Shown: in pieces, positions 18,681-27,464 of the stretch
Layout of the letters: every line of letters starts with the position of its first letter
How positions within the stretch are numbered: the stretch's first letter is position 1
Source of the DNA: an uncultured Pseudomonadales bacterium
Lineage (GTDB): Bacteria; Patescibacteriota; Microgenomatia; UBA1400; PJMF01
Direction: 5' to 3'
Length of the DNA: 64,000 bases
Assembly: GCA_964588685.1 (NCBI GenBank)
Contig: CAZPQG010000005.1
Location: 5,916-69,915 of the forward strand
Program-made: the position numbers and the translations under genes
The notes under the pieces: generated by a model
Seen by the model: the letters and a program-made list of their open reading frames with translations, nothing else
Told to the model about the DNA's origin: nothing
The model's database searches: none

Positions 18681-18801
18681 CAAAGTTGGCTAATTAGGTA
18701 AGAGAGTTAGCTAATCATTATGATAAGAATTTTGGCTAAGAGTAATCTTTGTTTTCATCTACTCAATTTTTAAACTAAACCTTTTTACTTTCCAATCAAA
18801 C

Positions 18802-19776
18802 TTAATTTATTTTCTTTACGGTAATGCCTGCCTGCTCCAGCATTTTTTTACCGTAACCGGCTGAGTGGTCATGCTGATAAACTACTGCCTGCAAATTAGT
18901 TCTAGCTAGCATCCGAGCGCAATTAGGGCAGGGCAGCAGATTAATGTATAGGCAGGCGCTGTCCAACTTCACTCCCCGGCGCAAGGCTTTAAGCACGAGT
19001 TCAACTTCAGCATGATTGGTGTCGCAATATTGCAAATCTTGAGGAGGTGTTAAATGTTTTTCCTTGCTTGCGCCCTGATGAAGCATGTAAGTTTCATAAG
19101 GCACAACTTGATTATGGGCTGACAGTACAAAACGCTGTTTTTTAGCTAGTACCGCTGCAGTTTGAAAAGTATAGTCAAAAGAGAGTCGGCTTTCTAGTGT
19201 TGCCAGCTGCATCAGTTCTGATTCAGCATATTGCTGTTTGCGGGCAGGTTCAATGGCCGGCATATTTTTTTTAATTTGTTCTAAATAGCTTAAGGCTTCA
19301 GTCTTATCCACAAATGAGCTGACTAATTTATAAGGAAGCTGTCTCTTTTTTAATTGGCGAAATTCTGCGCGGTAATGAAAAGCTCGATGCCAAGAGCCGT
19401 TAATACCGATTACAGCGGCCCAATTGCCTTGTTGAATAAGGCGTGGCGCTTCAGCTTGAGGGTAGAGTAGAGTCTTAATTTGTTCGCCGTCGCTGTGTTT
19501 AATTTTGCCGCTCCTGTATTTCAGTTGCTTTAGAGCTGAAGTTAATGGCGCTAGACTTAAGGCCTTAAAAGGCAACGAGTTTTCTAAGCCGGCAATATAT
19601 TCTTCTTCAATACAACCCCAAATTAATTTTTTATCAGTATTGCTTAATAATTGGCGTGACAGCTGCCTGATACGTTCTCCTGAAATTTCTCGGGGGCCTA
19701 GAATTAAAATTGGCTGCTCTGTGGTCAGCTGTTTTAAGTCTTGAGGAGTGAGATCAGACCAAGAGTAGTGATTCAT
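18802..19776 (-). CDS. Fusion protein: an N-terminal domain of about 220 aa of unknown function, plus a C-terminal dCMP/cytidine deaminase zinc-binding domain.
   Basis: The C-terminus carries HAEVELVL...PCPNCARML, the CDA-fold HAE...PCxxC motif. The N-terminal 220 aa have no recognisable motif. Confidence 0.6.
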   Translation of the reverse strand: MNHYSWSDLTPQDLKQLTTEQPILILGPREISGERIRQLSRQLLSNTDKKLIWGCIEEEYIAGLENSLPFKALSLAPLTSALKQLKYRSGKIKHSDGEQIKTLLYPQAEAPRLIQQGNWAAVIGINGSWHRAFHYRAEFRQLKKRQLPYKLVSSFVDKTEALSYLEQIKKNMPAIEPARKQQYAESELMQLATLESRLSFDYTFQTAAVLAKKQRFVLSAHNQVVPYETYMLHQGASKEKHLTPPQDLQYCDTNHAEVELVLKALRRGVKLDSACLYINLLPCPNCARMLARTNLQAVVYQHDHSAGYGKKMLEQAGITVKKIN

Positions 19777-19840
19777 AACAAATGGAGTTGATGATTAATA
19801 TTTTGATTGGTATTTTTTGATATTTTTCTAGTTGATATTT

Positions 19841-20416
19841 TTATGGTTGATATTTTTTTTCAAATCTTTTGAGAATTCTTTTAATTTTTTTGGCCTCCTT
19901 TTTGTAAAGAGCTGCGTTTTCCAACGGGGTATACCGCAGCCGCCGGTAATTCCATTGGCATAAATCAGGCTCATCAAAAGGAATAAACTGCATATGCAGA
20001 TGATCAGTAACTGTCATTTGGGCTTTCTCGCCTCCTTCACGAATTAAACTCCACATACCTTTGCAGCCATGCACTTGTTTGATAATTTTTTTGGCTAAGT
20101 AGGCAAACTTGCGCATTGTTTCCCATTGCTTTGGCGTGAGTTCTTTGGGGGATCGAATATGCCGGCGGGGGATAGCCATGAGTTGGCCGTCAATATAGGG
20201 ATACAAATTAATCGTCAATACTATTTCATTTTCCTCCAGCAGAATATATTTGTCTTTTAAGTCGCAGAAGACGCACTTGCCGGTGTTTTGCCAAATTTGA
20301 TCATAATGCCCCTTTGCCCGGGCATTTTTTTTATAGTTCTGACCCGTTTTTTGATGCGAGCTTTTAGAATTAGAAGAGCTGTGTGCCATGGCTTGATTAG
20401 ATGGGTTGTACGGCAT
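19841..20416 (-). CDS. HIT-superfamily protein, HxHxQ variant (GalT/Ap4A-phosphorylase-like branch), with a low-complexity N-terminal extension.
   Basis: CVFCDL (HIT N-terminal CxFC). ...GQLMAIPRRH. DHLHMQFIP carries HxHxQ instead of HxHxH. Confidence 0.5.
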   Translation of the reverse strand: MPYNPSNQAMAHSSSNSKSSHQKTGQNYKKNARAKGHYDQIWQNTGKCVFCDLKDKYILLEENEIVLTINLYPYIDGQLMAIPRRHIRSPKELTPKQWETMRKFAYLAKKIIKQVHGCKGMWSLIREGGEKAQMTVTDHLHMQFIPFDEPDLCQWNYRRLRYTPLENAALYKKEAKKIKRILKRFEKKYQP

Positions 20417-20461
20417 GACTTGCTAAAATAGAAAATAATGCCGATAATACGCTGCTAGTTG

Positions 20462-21040
20462 TTATTTAATTTCGGCGTCTTTTAACGGATTTTTCAAAGG
20501 ATTTTTTCCGTTTTTAAGATATTCTTTTAAAATTTCATTGAGTTGAGCGCTGACACCCTTTTTTAAAATTTTGGTAGTGGAAATAAAAGGGGATTGCCGG
20601 TCAACCAATTTTACCTGGCCGCCGTTTCTGACAACTGTGTTATATTCCGGTGATTCTTTATAGCCTTTATTCCATTCCTCCCTAACAGTGACATAAAAAT
20701 CAGGTTTTAGTTGTTCTAAAGTCGGCTGATTACTCATTTGAGGGACAATAGTGACTAAATCAACAAAGCGGACGTAGCTCAGCATTTCAGCTCGGATTTT
20801 TTCATCTAAAATTGGTCGGTTAGGGCCTTTTAAAGTGCTAATGGTTTGATTGGAACTGATGCCGACCACTAAGACGTCAGCCAGTTTTTTAGCCTCATGC
20901 AGGTACCTTACTTGCCCGACGTGCAGCATATCCCAGGCGCCGGCAGTATAGACAATAGTTTTGCCTTTGGCTCTGATTTTTTCTCCGGCTTTTTTAATTT
21001 GTTGAGGTGCGATTAAGCGCTTTTTCCAGATGAAGGACAT
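20462..21040 (-). CDS. Cytidylyltransferase-superfamily sugar/alcohol-phosphate nucleotidyltransferase, closest in pattern to RfaE domain II or TagD.
   Basis: TIVYTAGAWDMLHVGQVRYLHEAKKLADVLVVGISSNQTISTLKG aligns with RfaE-II [45 protein letters not shown]. C-terminal GGQVKLVD...STTKILKK resembles GGEV..L....STTNIIKK. Confidence 0.65.
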   Translation of the reverse strand: MSFIWKKRLIAPQQIKKAGEKIRAKGKTIVYTAGAWDMLHVGQVRYLHEAKKLADVLVVGISSNQTISTLKGPNRPILDEKIRAEMLSYVRFVDLVTIVPQMSNQPTLEQLKPDFYVTVREEWNKGYKESPEYNTVVRNGGQVKLVDRQSPFISTTKILKKGVSAQLNEILKEYLKNGKNPLKNPLKDAEIK

Positions 21041-21095
21041 AGTTTAAGCTTACTTTTAATAATTTTTAAGTTTGTTTTAGTCGTATTAAAAAACT

Positions 21096-21128
21096 TTACC
21101 CGCACAAGCGAGCGGGCAGCAGACAGGA
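21096..21128 (-). terminator. Weak candidate terminator between the APH-like kinase gene and the nucleotidyltransferase gene.
   Basis: On the minus strand: CCCGC-TCGCTTGT-GCGGG, followed by TAAAGTTTTTT. Confidence 0.3.
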
Positions 21129-21168
21129 TTAGCTCCAACCTATTTATACCAGTTTTGATAAAGATAAA

Positions 21169-22368
21169 TCAACTGCTGTTATTGCTAGTTGACAATAAAT
21201 TCTGTTTTAACAACCAATTTTTAGTACGCACAAAATGTTCGTTTTGAGGCAAAAATTGATAGGGATTGTGCCGTAAAAATTTATAAAAATCATAGAATAG
21301 AAAAAAAGTTGTTAAAGACTGCAACAATTTAGGTTCCGGTAGTTGCTGCTGGCCGCGCTTGGCATAACCGGAGTTGAGAAAGTATTTTTTAACTTGGAGT
21401 TCAGTTTTGTATTGGCAGTCAATCAGTAAAAAGGCCAGTGTTCTGGCCACGTCGAGTACTCTTGGTCCTAGAGCTGCTTTTTCAAAATCTAAAATACCGC
21501 TCACAGTCAGTAATTCTTGGCTTGATTGATTGTCATCCGGGCTTGATTGATTATGATTTGTTTGATTTTTTTGCCTAGTTTTTTGAGGATCTAAAATAAA
21601 TTTTTTGGCAGCCGGATTCTTTTGTACAAAAGTGTATGGCTTATTTTGAAATAAAATATTGCCGCGCACAAAATCTAAATGTAAAATTTGTTGATTTGGT
21701 AAATTTGTAAGATTTTTTAAAACTTGTTGCAAATAAGGAAAGACGTTAAGTTTTGGGTTAAGTTTTAGTTTTTCTTTAAGTGCTTTTTGCACCCCTTCTT
21801 TATAAAAATATGTATTCATTACGTTTAATTTTTCCTCTAAAATCAATCTTTCTCGTTTTATTAAATTGAACTGCTTTGGCTTAAATGCTGCTAAATCGTG
21901 ATGCAGCTGACCCAAAACTTGGCCCAACAGTTTAATGTGCTTCATAGTATAATTGTCCCAGTTAATAGTAGAGCCGGGTAGGTAGTTATACAAGCAGCAA
22001 TAGTATTTGCTGTTGGAATGAGTAATTTGAAGGATGGATTTTAGCCGGCCGGCTTTTTTGTTATTAGCAGCCTTATGAGCGGCTGTGCCGGGAGTGTTAG
22101 TTAATCCAGAGTAGGTTTGGCGGGTCGGCCAGCCTTGCCGGGCTAAGTAATTTGAGACAAGATTGGCTGTTTTAATTTTAGGCAGGATATCAGGTTCATT
22201 TTTGTAAAAAATTAAGGCCAATTTTTTCTCATCCTTTAGTTCCAAAGGAATAATATTGTTGCGATATCCGGTTTGTGGTTGTAAAATTCGTATAGCTTTT
22301 GTCTCTAAGCCATAAGCAGCCAGCACTTTTAAGATTAACGCTTGGTTATGATAAGGCTTGTTAAGCAT
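21169..22368 (-). CDS. Phosphotransferase of the APH/choline-kinase/homoserine-kinase-II fold. Substrate unknown.
   Basis: HLDFVRGNILF is the HxDxxxxN catalytic-loop motif. ILDFEKAALGP is a DFG-like DxE/D segment. The protein is 399 aa. Confidence 0.55.
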   Translation of the reverse strand: MLNKPYHNQALILKVLAAYGLETKAIRILQPQTGYRNNIIPLELKDEKKLALIFYKNEPDILPKIKTANLVSNYLARQGWPTRQTYSGLTNTPGTAAHKAANNKKAGRLKSILQITHSNSKYYCCLYNYLPGSTINWDNYTMKHIKLLGQVLGQLHHDLAAFKPKQFNLIKRERLILEEKLNVMNTYFYKEGVQKALKEKLKLNPKLNVFPYLQQVLKNLTNLPNQQILHLDFVRGNILFQNKPYTFVQKNPAAKKFILDPQKTRQKNQTNHNQSSPDDNQSSQELLTVSGILDFEKAALGPRVLDVARTLAFLLIDCQYKTELQVKKYFLNSGYAKRGQQQLPEPKLLQSLTTFFLFYDFYKFLRHNPYQFLPQNEHFVRTKNWLLKQNLLSTSNNSS

Positions 22369-22417
22369 GTGATTAAAGTTAAGACTTTGAGTCTATCTTT
22401 ATTACTTTTATAATTTT

Positions 22418-23218
22418 ATGCGTATTACTGCTATTAAAACTCCGCTTGTTAAACCTCATGAAGATTTGCAGCAGCTAATTGCTGATAATATTGAGCAGAT
22501 CAGTGAAAAATCGGTTTTAGTTATTACTTCAAAAATAATTAGTTATGCTCAAAATCGATTAGTGCCTATTAAGACCGGCACCAGGCAAGAAAAGCATCAA
22601 CTGGTTCAACAGGAAGCTGATCAGTACCTTGCTCACACCTATTCCCAATATGATATCATTTTAGCAATTAAAAATGGTCATTTAACAGCTAATGCCGGAA
22701 TAGATCAATCAAATGCTGACGGCCATTATGTTTTATGGCCTGAAAATTTACAAGAGACTATCAATCAACTTTGGCATTTTGCGCGCCGGCATTATCAAGT
22801 GCAGGAACTGGGCATCATTGTTACTGACAGTCGCACCTGGCCTTTAAGGTGGGGGGTGGTAGGCACTTGTTTGGCTCACTGTGGTTTTAAACAGCTGCAT
22901 GATTATCGAGGCAAAAAAGATTTATTTGGCCGTAAAATTAAATCAGTGCAGCTCAATATTGCAGAAGCAATTGCCTCAGCAGCCGTACTGGCTATGGGTG
23001 AGGTGGCAGAGCAAACACCGCTGGCTCTAGTCAATCAAATCAACCACATTGCATTTCAGGATCGAGTGCCCACTGAACAAGAATTAAAAGATCTTAAAAT
23101 TAAGTTGGCGGATGATATGTATGGTCCGTTTTTAAAAAGTGTTCCGTGGCAGAAAAACAAATCCAAGCATAAACCTGACCAAGAAGTTGGGTTAGGGCAG
23201 AAAAATAAGTCTATTTAA
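22418..23218 (+). CDS. CofE-like (F420-0:gamma-glutamyl ligase family) protein.
   Basis: VLVITSKIISYAQNRL, IIVTDSRTWPLRWGVVGTCLAHCG and AEAIASAAVLAMGE resemble conserved CofE-family blocks. Confidence 0.5.
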   Translation: MRITAIKTPLVKPHEDLQQLIADNIEQISEKSVLVITSKIISYAQNRLVPIKTGTRQEKHQLVQQEADQYLAHTYSQYDIILAIKNGHLTANAGIDQSNADGHYVLWPENLQETINQLWHFARRHYQVQELGIIVTDSRTWPLRWGVVGTCLAHCGFKQLHDYRGKKDLFGRKIKSVQLNIAEAIASAAVLAMGEVAEQTPLALVNQINHIAFQDRVPTEQELKDLKIKLADDMYGPFLKSVPWQKNKSKHKPDQEVGLGQKNKSI

Positions 23219-23222
23219 GGTT

Positions 23223-23504
23223 TTAAATATCGCTAAAATCTTCTTCCAAAATCACTGTCTCTTCTAATTCCTGCCAAATTGTTTCCAAGTCATCGTCATT
23301 ACTTATTTCCGGCTGTGAATCCAACTCCTGTTCAATTAATTCTTCTTCACTAGGGAGATCTTCAGCCCTTTCGATCTTAGCTTCTTCTGTAGTCGGTTCA
23401 TAATCGGCTTCAAATCCACCAAATCGATAAACATAAAATAATGCTCCAAAGCCGATAGTTAACAGAGCGATCAGCACAATTAAAAAAAGTAGGTTGTTTT
23501 TCAT
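23223..23504 (-). CDS. Small membrane-anchored protein with an acidic C-terminal tail.
   Basis: N-terminal TM segment (LLFLIVLIALLTIGFGALFYV), then a D/E-rich tail. Confidence 0.3.
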   Translation of the reverse strand: MKNNLLFLIVLIALLTIGFGALFYVYRFGGFEADYEPTTEEAKIERAEDLPSEEELIEQELDSQPEISNDDDLETIWQELEETVILEEDFSDI

Positions 23505-23573
23505 AGATAAATTTTATTTAGTAGATGAAGTAGTGATGAGGTAATGTCGTATTTTTAATAATTGTTAAAAGAT

Positions 23574-24260
23574 TTATTCCATTACAGCCAGCACAGCCTG
23601 ACGCATTTCAAGTAATGTTTGCATGAATAAAGCTTGAGCTTGCAACGCATCATCTCGTGCTTGCAAAGCTATGCGGCGCTGCGCCTGATAATCTTCAGGA
23701 TCAACATTGTTAAATCCTTCTTGAGCTGTTTCTGCTTTTTCCATGGCTTGCTCCAGCAGTTTCAAGGCGTCAGCCAATCTTTCTTGACCTTGAGTAACAT
23801 CTTTTCCTTCTTCAGCCAATTTTTCTAACCGTGTTTCAATCTTTTCTGAAATTGAAGTTAGTCGTTGATAATAAAAAGTATATCTTTTTTGAATGCGCAT
23901 GGCGTGCTGATTAAGCATTTGAGCTCTGGCTTGAGTTTGTTTTTGCGTTTGCTGGGCTGTTTCCTGGTCCGGTAGTGTTCCATCGCGGGCTTGTTCAGCT
24001 TTTTTTTGTGCTTGTCCGGGCTGTTCTTGAATTTGGATGCTCGCCTCTTCATCAGGGGCGGTGTTCGGCTCGGTTTCGTCGTCATAATTTTCTTCTATAA
24101 TAATTTTTTCTTGATTTTGCTGCTCTTGTTCATGACTGTTAGGCTGAGCAGTATTGATTGGTTGAGCCAAAACTTTGGGAACACTGACGGCTAAAAGCAG
24201 GGCTGTTAACAATAGTGCAGAGGCAGTAGGAAAGAAGGGAGTTTTTTTCATAGTTTTCAT
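23574..24260 (-). CDS. Secreted or anchored coiled-coil protein, hypothetical.
   Basis: Signal-peptide-like N-terminus (MKTMKKTPFFPTASALLLTALLLAVSVPKVLA), then a Q/E-rich coiled-coil. Confidence 0.3.
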   Translation of the reverse strand: MKTMKKTPFFPTASALLLTALLLAVSVPKVLAQPINTAQPNSHEQEQQNQEKIIIEENYDDETEPNTAPDEEASIQIQEQPGQAQKKAEQARDGTLPDQETAQQTQKQTQARAQMLNQHAMRIQKRYTFYYQRLTSISEKIETRLEKLAEEGKDVTQGQERLADALKLLEQAMEKAETAQEGFNNVDPEDYQAQRRIALQARDDALQAQALFMQTLLEMRQAVLAVME

Positions 24261-24321
24261 TTCAATGGTTTTTAAGGTAATCGCTACTTCCTAGTATAGG
24301 GGGTTATTGAGTAAAAGTAAA

Positions 24322-25638
24322 CTATGGAGCTGTTGAAAACAGATCAGCGGCTGCATTGACCAGTTCGGGGTTGCTGAAGTATTGATTCAGCTGTGCCTGC
24401 CAATCCGGATCTTTTATATGTATCATTGGTTCCACACCATTGCCTTCAATCGGTGCGCCGTCCTCGCGCAAAGTTAAGTGATGCACCAAAAATACAGAGT
24501 ATTTTTCTTGATCTGTGAGCTGATTTTCCAGGGGAAAAACTTTTTCGATAGTACCCCAGCCCATGGTAGGAGTGCCGACTAGCACGCCGACATTATATTT
24601 TTTAAGCACACTAGCCATGACTTCAGCCGTCGATTGAGTTTGATCGTCTATAAGAATAATTATTTTCTTGTAACGAACTAAACTGGGCAGCCAGCCGGTG
24701 CGAGTTTTGTAATCTACAATCTGATCTTGTTGTATGAATTGATAAGCGTATCGATTATTGCCGATAAACGGTCCTAAAAAATAGGGCAGGCCATCAATAG
24801 CGCCGCCAATATTACCCCTTAGGTCTAAGATTAAGCTGTCCAGTCCGTCGCCTCTGTCATCTACTTTTTCAGTAACTTCGGCTAATTCTTGGACAGTGGT
24901 TGGCGAAAATTGCTTGATTCTTAAATAAAAAATTTGATCGGACAGCAGACGCCATTCCATGGTGGGGTTAACGCCTGTTTCATCATATCGCGAGCGGGCA
25001 GCTTCATCGCCTAAAGTTTGACGGGCAGCTTTGACTTGGGCTAACTGTTCTTGTGCTTCAGGACTGTCATCTTGGGTTAGTTCCTGGCTTTTTTGTTCAT
25101 AAGCTTGCACTATTTCTTCTTGCGAGGATTCCGAATCTACTTCCAGAGCTTGATAATGGTCGGTTTCAGGATCAATATTGCTTACTTTTTCCACTAGATC
25201 TTGTTCTAATTGTTGTGAATAGAGCCGGCTGCGGCTAAACGGTTCAAGGTTAGCTAAGACCATATCAGCTAGCTGCACAGCAAACTCGCGCTTGGTTTCA
25301 TCATTGGAATATTGTTTGAGTAGTTCTAAAATTTTATCGTCTAATTCATTATAAGTTTGAACAGTATTACCCAGAGGTTGGGCTGTTAATTTTTCAATGG
25401 CTAAAACATGTATTTTAACTAATTGCTGCTCACTGACTTTATTCCAATAATTATCTAAAATAATGCTGCGAATTTCGCGTAAAAATGCCAGCTGCGGATG
25501 AGCTGTTTCTTGTTCACTGTCGGAAAATTGATTAAGCAGCGGTAGTTGATCTTGATGATTGGCAATCAATAGCCCACCGCCCAACCCAATTAAGAGTGCC
25601 ATTGCGATAGATAAAAGCAGTTTGTAAATTTTTTTCAT
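24322..25638 (-). CDS. S41-family (tail-specific/C-terminal processing) peptidase-like protein, membrane anchored.
   Basis: N-terminal TM segment. LILDLRGNIGGAIDG matches the S41 DLRxNxGG motif. TQSTAEVMASVLK resembles the SxSASE Ser region. Confidence 0.55.
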   Translation of the reverse strand: MKKIYKLLLSIAMALLIGLGGGLLIANHQDQLPLLNQFSDSEQETAHPQLAFLREIRSIILDNYWNKVSEQQLVKIHVLAIEKLTAQPLGNTVQTYNELDDKILELLKQYSNDETKREFAVQLADMVLANLEPFSRSRLYSQQLEQDLVEKVSNIDPETDHYQALEVDSESSQEEIVQAYEQKSQELTQDDSPEAQEQLAQVKAARQTLGDEAARSRYDETGVNPTMEWRLLSDQIFYLRIKQFSPTTVQELAEVTEKVDDRGDGLDSLILDLRGNIGGAIDGLPYFLGPFIGNNRYAYQFIQQDQIVDYKTRTGWLPSLVRYKKIIILIDDQTQSTAEVMASVLKKYNVGVLVGTPTMGWGTIEKVFPLENQLTDQEKYSVFLVHHLTLREDGAPIEGNGVEPMIHIKDPDWQAQLNQYFSNPELVNAAADLFSTAP

Positions 25639-25848
25639 GGCTTGTTGTTAACTTAACATAGTTTGGTTGCAGGTAAAAGACAAAATTAAGCTGTTTTTTT
25701 AAATTAAATTTAAATGGAAAAAATTTCCGACAGCAATTTAATTGTTGACTGATTTAAAGTTTTAATAAATGCATTAACTGGACATTTTTAAAAAGATATT
25801 ATAAAATTACCTCTGGTTACTTATTAAATACATACTTGTTTTTATAAA

Positions 25849-26745
25849 ATGAAAAAAGAAAGAGGAATAAATCCAAAGCAAAATAATCATGTTGAGAAAT
25901 CAGCAGAAGCCCCAGAGTGCTTAGGGGAAGAAAAAAATCTTGAACAGTTAGCTGCAGATATTTTAGAAATGTGCGATCCATTATTAGGAGAAGAGTTATT
26001 AAAAAAGGGTACACGAAACTTTATTTTTTACAAAATGGAATGTTTAGAAGAAGTAATTAATCGTGAAAAACAATCTGAGAAAAAATGCCGAGAAATTATT
26101 GAAAACATATATGATTTATTTAGCTTTGTGATTAAAAGCTTGATAACCCTGATAGATGATTCGGAAAATGGGCACGACTTTGTTTTTGTTGAAGATCCGG
26201 CGCTTTATAATAATTCGAAACCGAAAATTAATGATTTATTAAAAGAATTAAGTGGTAAGTTGAAAAATTCAAATGAATTATCAGAAGAACTAGAATTATT
26301 GGTGGAAAATAAGCTGGAACCATTAAGCAAATTGAGCGAAGCATTGGAAGCTATGCACAGTTTGGCAGCAATGGTTGAAGAAGCAGAAATAACAATTCAA
26401 AATATAGTTCTAATCAATGAAGAGCTCAGCTTAAATCAAGATTGTCAAACATTAGAAGAATTAGTTGGAGAAGCATATAATTTGCTTAATGAATCTCAAA
26501 TAATCGGTCAAAATTTAGCAGATTTTGAGGAAGCAAAAACAAAACTTTGGACAACTAGAACCCAAACTTTATTTGAGTTAAAAAAAGAAATTAAGATGTC
26601 TGAACCTCCAACTGACGATCTTAAAAGAACAGTTCAAAAAATAATTAGTAGATATCCGCAAAAAGATTGTAATTATGGGGGAAACGGCTTCATGGTTTTA
26701 GGGGATTATTTTCCCTCTAAAATTTTGAGATATATGATCTCTTAG
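25849..26745 (+). CDS. Hypothetical protein, strongly AT-rich and compositionally atypical relative to its flanks.
   Basis: 298 aa, E/K/L/N-rich, with no recognisable motif. The local GC content is visibly lower than the surrounding genes. Confidence 0.35.
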   Translation: MKKERGINPKQNNHVEKSAEAPECLGEEKNLEQLAADILEMCDPLLGEELLKKGTRNFIFYKMECLEEVINREKQSEKKCREIIENIYDLFSFVIKSLITLIDDSENGHDFVFVEDPALYNNSKPKINDLLKELSGKLKNSNELSEELELLVENKLEPLSKLSEALEAMHSLAAMVEEAEITIQNIVLINEELSLNQDCQTLEELVGEAYNLLNESQIIGQNLADFEEAKTKLWTTRTQTLFELKKEIKMSEPPTDDLKRTVQKIISRYPQKDCNYGGNGFMVLGDYFPSKILRYMIS

Positions 26746-26807
26746 AGAAAGTTTTTTAAGCAAATAACCACTTAGCTCGCGCCAACTGTTGTTGTATACT
26801 AAACTCC

Positions 26808-27347
26808 ATGCAAGTATTTTTAATTGTGGCTGTCAGCCTAGATGGCTTTATTGCTCAAACAATTGAGCAACCGTCAACTGACTGGACCAGTGCGGAAGAT
26901 AAACAGCATTTTCATCAAAAAACTAAGCAGGCGGGTATAATTGTAATGGGCAAAACAACTTTTGATACCATTGGCAAACCTTTGCCTAAGCGTCTTAATA
27001 TTATCTACAGTTATAAGACTAAGCAGGATTTAACGGCAAACTATAATTTAACAGCTGATCAGACAGCAGAAGATAGGCTGAGAGTCACATCTTTGCCGCC
27101 GGCTCAATTGGTGCAGCAGCTTAAAAAAGAAGGCAGACAGCAACTGGCTATTTGCGGCGGTAGTTCGATTTATACGCAATTTATCCAAAGCGAGGTAGTT
27201 GACAAAATGTTTTTAACAGTTGAACCTGTTATTTTTGGCGACGGCATTAAACTTTTCAATCAACCTCTAGAGCAAAAGTTAACCTTAGTCAACAGCCGGC
27301 GCCTAAATGAAGCCGGGACTTTGTTGTTGGAGTATGATTGCTGCTAG
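26808..27347 (+). CDS. Dihydrofolate reductase family protein (DHFR/RibD-C fold).
   Basis: LIVAVSLDGFIAQ...IIVMGKTTFDTIGKPLPKRLNIIYS matches the DHFR N-terminal pattern (IAALA.D..IG....MPW......GR.T.ESIGRPLPGR.NI.LS). Confidence 0.6.
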   Translation: MQVFLIVAVSLDGFIAQTIEQPSTDWTSAEDKQHFHQKTKQAGIIVMGKTTFDTIGKPLPKRLNIIYSYKTKQDLTANYNLTADQTAEDRLRVTSLPPAQLVQQLKKEGRQQLAICGGSSIYTQFIQSEVVDKMFLTVEPVIFGDGIKLFNQPLEQKLTLVNSRRLNEAGTLLLEYDCC

Positions 27348-27464
27348 AGTATTGGCATGTGATCATTCAGCAAGATGATGAAGCTTAATTAATTGCTAAT
27401 GGCAGTTAGTCTTTACAATACAATAAATAAAATAACTAATTTTAAAAATGAATGAGGTTTAAAA

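Noticed and set aside
19304-19312. Perfect DnaA-box 9-mer TTATCCACA.
   Set aside because: There is a single copy, inside the deaminase coding sequence, with no cluster and no adjacent dnaA/dnaN. One hit of a 9-mer in 128 kb of two-strand sequence is within chance expectation.
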